64,000 nucleotides of DNA from Mizuhopecten yessoensis (Eukaryota), in NCBI RefSeq assembly GCF_002113885.1, contig NW_018404995.1, positions 395,248 through 459,247 of the forward strand. The letters run 5' to 3'. The notes below the pieces were generated by a model. The model did not search any database, was not told where the DNA came from, and was given only the letters and a program-made list of their open reading frames with translations. Of the stretch, positions 1 through 11,800 are shown piece by piece; positions within the stretch are counted from its first letter, which is position 1; each line of letters begins with the position of its first letter. A program made the position numbers and the translations under genes.

Positions 1-300
1 GAGGAATATCTACACAGACTTAGCAGAGAGTGACCTACTAGTATTACAGAGGAGGGTGGGTTTGGAGCTTCTCTGTAAGAGGAATATCTACACAGACTTA
101 CCATAGAGTGTCCTACTAGTATTATAGAGGGGGCTTTGGAGCTTCTCTGTAAGAGGAATATCTACACAGACTTAGCAGAGAGTGACCTACTAGTATTATA
201 GAGGAGGGTGGGTTTGGAGCTTCTCTGTAAGAGGAATATCTACACAGACTTACCATAGAATGTCCAACTAGTATTACAGAGGAGGGTGGGTTTGGAGCTT
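1..300. repeat. Tandem repeat of 74-78 bp units copying the PGAP1 exon end and splice donor
   Basis: gaggaatatctacacagact recurs at 1, 79, 153 and 231. Confidence 0.9.
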
Positions 301-3300
301 CTCCATACAACGTCAAAATCTTTGTCATGCAAAGGTGCACAAATTCTGGAACAGAAATTGACATGTCACTTATTAGATTAACTTACAATTGTTTAGAATT
401 GTTGATTTTTTTTAAACTTTATCTAGATATATTTTTAAGGCGAGAATCTAATTCAATATTTGCTGTATATATGTAAGGGTGAATGATTTATTATGATGAA
501 AACATACATACCTGTCTGATCCTGTAATGTCCCACCATACAGACCCATCATCTCCTACAAACAACACCAAGGCCATCAGACACTAGGCTAGTCGTACATA
601 CTACACAGGGCAATATCAGTGACGTACATGTTTTATATATTATAGACCATTTATTTGAATTTATATGCAAACCAATTCTCAAACAACATTACTGTGTTTC
701 TCCCCCGTATAGTCATTAGAATCAACTTTACTGACATACTGTCATATCCGACCAAATGATGTAGTCCTCCATGTCTTACTGTCAGTATAGACAGGTTAAC
801 TGACATACTGTCATATCCGACCAAATGATGTAGTCCTCCATGCCTTACTGTCAGTATAGACAGGTTAACTGACATACTGTGATATTTGACCAAAAATGTC
901 TGATCCCCCTTGATGTCAGTTAAGTTTCTGACATGCTTTCCTATTTTACCAAATGATCTAGCACCCCCTTGAGGTCATTAATATCAGGTTTTCAGACACA
1001 CTGTCATGTCTGACCAAATTATCAAGTTTCCCTTGTCAGTAAAGTGGTGTTCACTCTATTCAAGTTAAATGTACCTCTACCATTATTATAACGTGTTGAT
1101 AAGTTAATCTTCGACGAATTGATGGAAAAACATTTTTCTGAAAATTTCACCTCATTCAAATCCACTGTGAAGTAATTGAAATGGAAGTTAGGTTTTTTTT
1201 CCTCAACACGTCTTAAGGCCACTGATGCTAGGGAGCGGGCTGCAGGCAGGAAGCATGGGAACACATTACATAGTGATAAAATAAATACCATTAACATTCT
1301 ACAATATCTCAATTACAAACGAAAAAGACCCATCCTTTTAAGGAAATAGCAATAATTAGTTATTAAACACATGTTTTATCAATAATAACATTATATTAAG
1401 TAATTAATGTTCTCATTTTGTATTAACTAATCTAAATCATAATATATGTGTGTAAAAAAAAGGTTTCTTTTATTGCTATGAAACCAGATACTTTTCAATA
1501 CAAGAGACATAATCTCTTTAACTCATGAAACACATAAACAGATAAAGCTACTACACGGAGAACATTCATGTCTAAATATACATTTCCTGCATTATATGCA
1601 AATGTAAAATATTACAGAAAGACTTCAAAAAAGCTGTTCGAATTTATTTATTTTTTTGCATCGGTAATATACTTTTAATATCAACAAAACATTCTTTTGG
1701 ATAGAAATCACACATTTTACAAATAAAACTATCATTGTTAGTGAAATCTACATCTTTTCAATCCTGTATTCATGAGTTCAGAAAAGACGATGAATTTTGT
1801 AAATAGACACAAGTGTAGTTCTAAACATAAAATCTATTTATGAGATACATAAAATCTGGCCTGATTCAGAACAAAAAACGTGTGTCTATTACCTTGCTTG
1901 TGACTACCAGCATTGCCAGGGATGAAAAGAACAGGTACCCCCTGTAGATTCATATCACTACAAAACAAAAAAATACACAGTATTTCATCAACTTAAATAT
2001 GCATAACATACATTGTAATTAATTATGAAACCATGAAAATTATTACTGTTTTCAATTCTTATCATTATTGATATCCTTGTTCTTTTCTTTTTGTTTGAAA
2101 AATGCTTATATTTGGTGTGTTACATGTATTATTGAATTAAATGAAAATGAGAAGAAAAAAAACATCTGCTAAAGTTCAGCTGTCTAAACCAGACATCCTT
2201 GGATGTAATTATTATAACCTTAGCTCAATATATATGATATACATGTCACATTTTATAACAATGACAAGCATGGGCAGGCTGTATTCTCACATCCATTTAA
2301 TTACCATTAGTTGTGGAGTGATCAGTAATAAGGGAACTGGATTTGAAAATATTTGTATCTGAATTAAATAACCTGTAAGTAAAATCTAGTGTTGATAGCA
2401 GTCAAGATTCTCAAATATATAACCCACAGCTTGACATCAGCTTTAGGTTAGACAATCAACAATATCACTCCCTTTGGCTAGGATTTTTTTGCCATACCAT
2501 CTGGGGTAGAGCATCCTCGATATCCAGGGGTTACGCTCACTTTCATTTTCTGCACCCCTGGAATATGTCATAGCAAAATTGAAGGCTCAGTGTGCACTAC
2601 CTTGTTGATGAGACAAGAAGACTAGTTTGATCATTTGATGTACATCAAAAGAATTTCGGGGTCATGTAACGGTAAAAATTGACAGGCTTTGAAGTCGGGC
2701 ATCTCTCCTTTGTAATCTTCAAAGGACAGGTATTGGCCTAGCGATTAGTCAGTTCATTTTACCTGAGACCAATCAAACAGCTATCTTTGTGCCTTCAATT
2801 TTGCTATGACATATTCCAGGGGTGGGTGTAGAGAGCGAAAGTGAGCGTAACCCCTGGATATCGAGGATTGGGGTAAGAGACAATTGTTGAAATGATGTAA
2901 TAATGTGGAGCAGAGGTTATGTGGTGAAAGGGTCACCATGGTATTTTGCAGACAAGAGTATACATACATTGGCTTAATTTGGCTGTAACATATCATACCT
3001 GACATATTTGGCATAATCCCTGCAAACAAAACAAAAACAAAACAATAGATATGTAGTAAAAAAACAGCATTTTTCATCTAATTCACAAAATCAAAAACAA
3101 TTGCTATACATTATGTGACATATACAGAGACTTCTACCATGCTTATTACTGCCATACCAACTTTTACATCTTGTTTTTCAATATTCATTCTCACAGATGT
3201 ACTAAACTTCATTTTTATGGTCAAATGGAAATGTTAATACCATTTCATTATGCTTGGTTATGTATATTAATAATAATCCATAGCTAGATATTCCATCTAC

Positions 3301-5720
3301 ATTTTCAGTAACCTATAGTTTGATATACTGGTATGTGTATGAACTTACCCTTCCCCGTACACGTAAAGCCCATATCTGGGATACGTCTTCTTGACCTCTT
3401 CTCCCAAAGAAATGTTCTTAAAAGAAATGAAAATTAATAGAAAAATATTTATTTGTTCCATATATCTGAAAGTAGGGATCATAATAATAAACCTCTATGC
3501 AGCAGGCAATGTAGTCTTTTTACGCTATTGCTGTAATATTGTATTTATCCTGCAATAAGCCCATGAGGAAAACATATATAAATTGGACAAAATTAGGGGG
3601 TCGGCTTATTACTGGACAATGGAAAAGTTATGTGTTGTCATTTCTATATATCTACTGACCTATAATGTACCTGTGCCTTAGTCAGAAACGACTGATTACT
3701 ATTTTTTCATGGGACAGAGATAGTCAGCATCAAAAGTCCATGTCAACATTTTTATCAGCAGAGTGACAGAGATAAATAAATATAATCTGTCAACCCATGT
3801 ACGGCAAATACATTGTAGTTAGGTGGGCATAAATACTCTGGTGTGAAAACCCCCAATAATTGAAGTGTGCACAGTGCACAATTTTTTTTAATGAGTCCCT
3901 TTGATAGACACTCACTCTCCGTCCCTTCAAATTTTAAGAAGATTACTTGTCTTGGAAAGATAACATTTAAGGACAGTTATCTCGGACTTTTCGTGCACTA
4001 TAATTCTTTTGCTTTTAAAAATACAACTTACAATTATTTGTAAGTACACATTGAAAATAATGGGTGAACTAAGGGTATCGTCTAGTCATCAGTTTCCGCA
4101 CCTTATGTATTTCCGCGCAGCCATTTTATCAAGCTATATCTCGTAACTACAGGACCTGCTGGACAAAACACAAGGATATTTTAGACATTTGGCCATCGTC
4201 TGTAAACTGACACAAAAATTACCAGAAGTTTGTCCGGAAAACATAAGAAATAATCACCGATTAAAAAAAACACGCATAAATATGCAGTTTTACTTAATGC
4301 ACTTTTTATCTTGCTCAAAATGAGCCCATACCTGAAAAAACGGTGATATATTTCATTCATGAACCGGTCTTTTTTGTAGTCTGACAAACATACGAAAATG
4401 TCGTATGCAAATGAGGCCAAATCTCCTCGCCGATTTTTTTCCACTTCCGAAGAGCCAAGGAGACATTCTTATATCGATAAACAGTGTTTTCAATGAAACG
4501 TAAACCTTGTGATGCAATGAACTTCCAATTTTCACCAATTTTAAACAGAACAAAATGAGAAATAACTTGCTATCAACCAAAACCGATATAAGACTGTAGA
4601 AAAAAACAGATTCTATATCATAACTAAATAAATATAATAAATAAATTATAAAATTACATGAATTCGTTCAATTTGACATCTAGAAAAATCAATTAAAAAT
4701 GTGAAATTTAAAAAAAAAATGTTTTGATAATTAATTTGACGATTAAAGATTTGTTTTTGCAGGTAACTGTAGAGAATTTCTTTTTAGTGTATTCGAGTTA
4801 TCTTTCTTTGAACACTAAATCAAAATAGACACACGGAAACAAATGACGGCTACTTCTGACGAGAGAAATTTGTTAAAATTTGTTTGTTCCGATTTTTTAA
4901 AAATACTGTTTTATGTTACTAGTTTTTTGTTTCCTTTAGTAGTTTGTATGTTTATGACAGTCTTCTGTAATTTCAACAGTTTTCTGCCGATATGAGTACG
5001 AAATCGCGGATGCTTCTTAAGTGCGCTGAAACCGGTAACCCGAGAATACATTCGTGTATCCGGTTGAAACGATTGAACCTGTAAAGAAAACGACAGGTAC
5101 AGATCTGGACCAAGGCTGACCTCAGGAAAATTTGGCACATGTAGATTGAGGGGTCCAGACCAGAGATGTATATAATACATGTGTTATGTGTTATATACGT
5201 CTCTGTCAAGACGTACCTGACCGAAATGCTGACTATTGCTAGTTTGCGTTATTTCTTTCTAAAACAATGTCAAGCCGCATGTAGTTTTTAAGATACGTTA
5301 TGTAATTCAGTTGACATGTGAGAGAAGGGCATACTATTCTTGATACATTTTTTTTTTATTCTCCGAAACAGTGCATTTTTAGCTCTGCTTATAGAACGGT
5401 CCAAGTGCGTTCGTTTATCGTGGAAAATTTCTGCTCCACACGTACCGTTTCAACCGTTATACGCGAATGTAGCCTAACCCAAGGCAAAGTGTGCGCAATC
5501 CTTGCATTCATTACAGTGAACCAAGATATGACCGCCCACTTAATAGTTATTTACTAAGTATGTGGTGTTAGGCCAATAAAATACCAACCACATATTCTGG
5601 CATTTCAAACATGTATGTCATATCACAGTTGTTTTCTTCAAAATTTGTCATGATGTCCAGAATCCCATAAACAAGAATGCCGACACACACTACCGCAAAC
5701 CCTGCTCGAACTGCCGCCAT
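254..5720 (-). CDS. PGAP1: GPI inositol-deacylase PGAP1, first six coding exons (gene continues beyond the window start)
   Basis: Exons 5720-5589, 3416-3349, 1957-1893, 1239-1151, 554-512, 345-254 with GT-AG ends and matching phases. Translation MAAVRAGFAVVCVGILVYGILDIMTNFEENNCDMTYMFEMPEYV...YPRYGLYVYGEG...GVPVLFIPGNAGSHKQARSLAS...[28 protein letters not shown]...VILVGHSM shows the N-terminal TM segment, the PGNAGS motif and the start of the GHSMG lipase motif of PGAP1/Bst1. Confidence 0.95.
725..1020. repeat. About 69-bp intronic tandem repeat, decaying to the right
   Basis: actgacatactgtcatatccgaccaaatgatgtagtcctccatg repeated at about 730, 799 and 868. Confidence 0.75.
2512..2869. mobile_element. 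MITE with about 75-bp TIRs; same family as 56220-56529
   Basis: 5' catcctcgatatccaggggttacgctcactttc versus 3' gaaagtgagcgtaacccctggatatcgaggat. Imperfect flanking duplication tggggtagag/tggggtaagag. Confidence 0.85.
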
Positions 5721-5867
5721 GATGAAATGAGACGAATTCACAGGAAAAACGCAAAGGACTTCCGAACGAAAACATCTTCATGGTCTCTTAAACGCTCAAA
5801 ACGAAGGAACTGTCACTTCTCCTGAAATAAACATTTTCTTAACCTATATATTGCGATGCAAAACAAC
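5721..5867. promoter_or_regulatory. Bidirectional promoter / 5'UTRs of PGAP1 and NUDCD3
   Basis: Only 147 bp between the divergent ATGs. ETS-like ACTTCCG at 5758-5764. Both ATGs sit in YY1-like ATGGCGG contexts. Confidence 0.7.
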
Positions 5868-8800
5868 ATGGCGGGAATGAGAGAGCAATACGACACTGCT
5901 CTGCTCGGAATATTACAACATGAGGGACAGATTGCTGGATTTCTGGACGCCATGTTTGGATTTTTGTATAGAAGGTCAATAGAAAGACATGGTTATCTAA
6001 TTGTGCCGAAATCATGTTTCAAATGACTTAAGCGTTTCGTCAAAATGACAGTCTATATAGTACACAGGGACCTGGGCCGTTTTCGTTTATTTAACGATTG
6101 AACCGGTCGGACCACAGTTGTTCGTTTATCAAATCAGGTCGGAGCGAGTAATCTGATGCTTCTTTCAGAAGAGCATTGACAAGGCATTGCAAGGCCTGCA
6201 TAAACATTTGCAGGCCCGCCAGGCTTTATACCCGAGATGGTTGCATTTAAAAACGGACAAACCGTTACGTTGTTCCGCATAAACGAACAGGCCCCTGGTT
6301 ATCTGTTCAGCTATATTTGGACCTAAATTAGGGGCCTGTTTGTTTATGCAGAACAATCGGTGTGTCCGTTTGCAAATGTAACAATTTTGTCAAGGCTCGC
6401 CTGAAAGCAGCATCAGATTACTAGGTCCGACCTTATTTAATAAACGAACAACTGTGGTCCGACCGGTTTGACCGTTTAAACGCAAACAGCTTTGGCTGTT
6501 CAGGGTATTTTAAAATGTTTTAATGGTTTAGATTGACTTTCGGTAAAAATACGAGAAGGGTGGAAAGCTTGAGATGGCGAAAAATCGACCCCACCTAACT
6601 TTCTTGCATCAAAAACAACATTTATAGTTGATCTACAGGAAAACGCTGAGTACCATTTGAATGATGGATAATTTTTCTTTGAACAACCTCCTATATTCCT
6701 GTAAAATGTATTCTCTTTCTGCGGACATGATCTCTGTTTCCTCCAAAATCACACACCATTTCTGAATTTCAAATCGTGACACTTTTTTTAAAATATTAAT
6801 GAGGTTGAGGTCAGCGCATGCCGAAACATGCATTGTTGGTTGGTTTAGCCAAAAAATGGCTGCGCTTCAAGCCAATCACACCAATGGGTCTCGGCACACG
6901 CTGACCTCAACCTCATTAATATTAAAAAAGTGGAACGATGACTACAAAAATTTGAAACTCTGAAATGGCATGTGTTTTTGGAGGAAACGGAGATCATGTC
7001 TGCGGAAATTCATGCCTCTTATATACTTCATCTCAATCCATGCATCAGTTTCTGAATGTGTCTTACATTTCGCGGTCCGGTGACTTTGACAGCATCTACA
7101 TCAATGTTAAGTTATTGTGTTTGGACTGTAGTTATTTTAGACAAAGTGCATTTCAAATCATGCATTATATGCTGAATGTGGCCTATATTGTATATTTCAC
7201 GGTCCAGTGATTTTGACAGCATCTTCATCAATGTAAAGTTTTTGCATTTAGCTTTGTTTCTCAAAAAGAATTAAGTGCTAGACCAACCAAACTTCGGCGT
7301 ACATGTGTCATATATTCATAACCCATGAAATAATTAAACCATGCATGATATGTTGAATGTGGCCTGCATTTCTTGGTCCAGTGACATTCACAACATCTCC
7401 CTGAATGTAAAGTTTTTGCGTTAAGCTGTGTGTTATATGCTGTATTTTAAACATTTGAAGTGTTAGACTAATTAAACTTAGACTGTAAGTTGGGATGATC
7501 ATAACCATCTTTAGGTTACAATGTAAATGTTTTAATGGAATCGGACAACAAACATGGCCGCAGAATACTGGCTTCTGATTGCAGTATACTGACTTCTGAT
7601 TGGTCGAAATTCAGATATTGTTCTATTTCTGTCAAATTTGGTATGTACATGCATTTTGGCACTGCAAACTCAACCATGACATTCATTTTATTATTTTACA
7701 AAATGGCCACTGTATATTGGCTTCTGATTGGTCGAAATTCAGTTATGTTCTGATTTCGCTAAAATTCAGTATGTATGTGTATTTTCGCACTGTGAACTGA
7801 ATCGCGGCATCCATTTTTTGATCTGACAAGATGGTCGTCATATACTGGCTTCTGCATGATTGGTCGAAATTCACATATATTTTGATTTCGCTAAAATTTG
7901 GTATGTACATGTATAGCCTTAGTTTCCTCTGGCCCCGATACCAGACTTAGATATTTTGACAGATAGATTTCTGGTGTGGGGCTAGAGCGCACTGCTATAT
8001 GAAAACATGGAATCTTCGATACTGTTTGTTATAGGGGAGTGACTAATCAACAAAAAGTTGTGGTGCGGAAATCTTCTTGACAAGAGTAATATATATTCCA
8101 TTTTCAGTCCGGATCAGTACGGTTTGTTGATTAGTCACTCTGTGACCTACAAAAATGGCGTTTGCTCAGGTGGGAAGTTTTGAACGATTGAAAATCGAAG
8201 ACTCTACTGACGGAATTTGGCAGCTGTAAGTGATAATAAGAGCTGATTTGGATCAATAAATTATCCATTTATCGATATCTGTGAGATATGTGTTGTGTGA
8301 TAGTATTTTTTTTGTTGTCAGCACCTCATAACTCTCTGATACCAAACGGTGTCGAAGAATTCCACGTTTTCATATAGCAGTGTGCTCTGGCCCCACGCCA
8401 GACATCTATCTGTCAAAATGTCCAAGTCGCCGGTGTCGGGGCTAGAGGAAACTCAGGCTAGTACGTGTATTATGGCACTGCGACTTCCGTTCTCCTATTT
8501 ACATTTGTTTTTCTGAATGCAAGCGTAGTTTGGGGGACATCTGTAATGGCCGGCTCCCATTACAATTAGCACTTGTTCCTTATATATCGCCATGTTGATG
8601 TATTGCCAAACTGTAAAATTCCGAACTTCAGCTCAAACTTACAATGCTTGACACATTTAATCTTATGCTCAAAACAGGGACAGGCAAGACATCTTATTAT
8701 GCCTAATTCTTGTTAAAAGAAAAATTATCCATCTTTCCAACAGTACTAAGCATTTCCCCGTAGATCAACTACAATTGTTGTTTTTGCTGCTAGTTAGGTG

Positions 8801-11800
8801 GGGTTGACTTTTCGACATTGCAAGCTTTCCGCCCTTCTCTTATGTATGATCATTGGAGGTGTAATTTTAACGACAATCTGTCTAAACCCCTTAAACATGT
8901 AACATTTCTCTCAACACCCTAGTTTAGGTCTAAATATAGCTGTAACAAATTCTCCGGTCCCTGTGGTATAGTATATGTAGATGAAAAAGTATGGACTACA
9001 GGAGGGTGTATTTTTTACGTCTAGACTATTCAGTTATATTGACTTAACATCAAACACCTGTGGTTAATTGATCATGTTTAACACAGGAACCTGAAATTAA
9101 GTTTATATACTGTACTTTTAAGCAATAAATTAAAAGTCTAAAGATATGATAAAAAATGGCTTTGTGAGGTATTGTTTTAATGAATATGCCTCCTTTAGAT
9201 GTCGAACCGGGACGTTTGGTTTAATAGTCTGACGCTCTAGAAATTTTCGGTTTGATAAGAAACTGATGGTTTTTAACACAGGTATGAGGCTTGTCTGTCA
9301 ATACACGTACAGCCATTATATAAACTATTATTGGTGTAGTTGACACAGGAGGCTAGTACCTGTGATTTTCAATCAGGGTTGTATTCTCCCGTCTTCTTCC
9401 AGGAAAGAATTTGCCCCAAATTTTACAGGGTTAACAAACTGCAGTGCATTTGAGAGCAAGGCTATGTGCTTTTTGGCAATATTTTGATATTAAATTTTCC
9501 ATTTAAGATGCCATCATCATATTTTCAATAATAAGTCATTTAAAGACCCTGATTAAACCTTGCCATGACAGATGCATAATTTCGATATGTTAAACATAAT
9601 TATTAAAATGATACATTAGTTTGCTAGGGTGCAGCTGAGGTGTTATATATGTTAACTCATTCACCCCTGAAGACACATTTGAACCCTTCCAAATCAAAGA
9701 ATGGAATAGTTCATTATGAAATTTCAGGGGTCAATGAGTTAACATTAATGTTCAAATGAATAACCTTGACCCACACTCAAGGTCAAAGGAGTCAAAATGT
9801 TTTTATATTTAATCAGCTAAAAATAGATATTCATCTTGAACCCAGATTATTTGTGTTTTACCAGTAGCCTACTGGAGCCATAAATATAAGGAACTTTTAG
9901 GTCAAACGTAACATGATTGATAAAAGGAAGATTTTTTTTAGGACTGACTTTTATCGGATAATGAAACAGAAGACAGACAGGCTAGGATTCCCTCCAGGAG
10001 TGGCAGTTAAACTTTTACTCAATGTAAGTTTTGAATACAAAAGAATATATTAATAAGATTAACTATCAACCAGGATTTGATTGATATCTAATATATATAT
10101 ATGCAACTAACGTAAACATTTTCCAAGTGCTGCTGTAGTGCTTTTTGGGGGAAAATTTGGGCGCCGAAAATGGCCCCCAATTCTCAATTGAAACTGTTTT
10201 ATATTTATAGCTACCTGGTACATGTAATTGCTAAACTTTGCAGTTTCCTCCCGAACATTTTCTTCCCAATTGATATTGGTATATTTTCTTCCCAAATTGA
10301 GACAAAAAGGCCCCATCCCAAATTTATGAGAAAAAACAGCATTTGTTGCTTGGAGATAAATTTTAGGCAATAGATTATTATGAAACTAGAACTGATGAGC
10401 AACAACACCACTGAATCTGGTACAAAATGTAATGTTTGATTTACATCCTACGTGCTGACATGTTTCGGCCAAAAGGAGGCCGTCTTCAGAGCACTGTTAC
10501 ATGATGTTTGCAACTATGTTACGTAAAATGACAATAAAGGTCATGTGACTAGACCAATAAAGAATAACTGTGATGTCACCAAGTTGCTAAGAGTTAGCTG
10601 TTTTTGATTGGTGCATAATATAATCAGTGCTAAATAATTTCAGTATGATTATAGATTAAATATAAGTATCATAGTAAATGTGAATGTATGAATTATAGTA
10701 TTACAGTATTTACAATGCAAGAGATGATTAAAGGAACAGAAATATGGGATAGTAATATAAACATAAAATTAAATGTATCAAAAGTGCTCAAACAAGCAAA
10801 TCTCTAAGGTTATTGTTCTGTCTCTTAAGGAATGGAAATTGTAATAGAAGGAATAAAGCTGGTGATTAAATTGTCAGAACTGTTGTAAATTGAGTACAAG
10901 TCAATAAGCATGTGAGCAGTTCTAGAGTGTTCGATTAGGAAAACCCCGAAGAAGAAAAGGTCCTTGCATCAGAGTTCTGTAGGGTAATCCTGTGGCATCA
11001 GTGAGTTCTGTAGGGTAATCCTGTGGCATCAGTTATAAGAAGATCAAGTTGTATAGAGGGTTGGTAAAGTACAGTCTGTGCAAGTTGTGTTCTGAGGCTG
11101 GCAACAATATGTTGTGTTACGTCCATACTGCAAAGTGTTGAATACATTCTCAAGGTTTATAATCATTAGTCTGTGAGGTTCACATCTGCTGAAGCTTCTT
11201 TTAAGGATAATGTTGTTCTTCTGTTCAAATGTATTGACCCAACGTCCCTGCAAGGAAGTCAGTTCCATAGTTGTGGTAGGGATCCTGGGGTGGATACCTT
11301 AATGGTATTCCACAGTGCTCATCAGGGAAAGCAGAGCAAATGAAACAGATTATTATGTCAGAAACCAATAAAGGCTTAATTCCTTTTTGGAAATTAAATC
11401 CTCCTGGAGATTAAATCCCCTACCTCTTAAAGTTTATGCGTGAACTGATTTTCTGTTCATTCCCAAAATCAAAATCTGAAATATTTTGCTTGTCATTTTT
11501 TTTAGATCAATAAATTGTACAATAACATAAGAAAAATAATCCACATATATCTTATCTCTATCTCTTTGTACCAGAATAAGAAAGTTCATAATTAAAATAT
11601 CATGGGATAAAGATGAATCATGATTGCAAAAAAAAGGAATTCCCTCAAAACTTATTACAGATTTCAATATTTACTATGTATGCAAATGTAGATAAGGCCT
11701 GGATATCTAAGCAACCATGGCAAAATATTCACCAAATGAGATCCAAGGGAATATGCCAGACCCCAAGGCCAATCCTTGTAGCATATCTGTATTAGATTTC

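Larger units (their letters stand above)
6063..8965. mobile_element. Non-autonomous CACTA/CMC-like element with long inverted arms and nested insertions, in NUDCD3 intron 1
   Basis: Ends CACAGGGACC(T)GG and CCGGTCCCTGTG with gta on both flanks (3-bp TSD). Region about 6500-6640 is the reverse complement of about 8760-8900. A related right end occurs at about 62170-62253. Confidence 0.7.

Noticed and set aside
3968-5300. Possible TTAA-flanked DNA transposon in PGAP1 intron 1
   Set aside because: No matching second terminus could be identified by eye.
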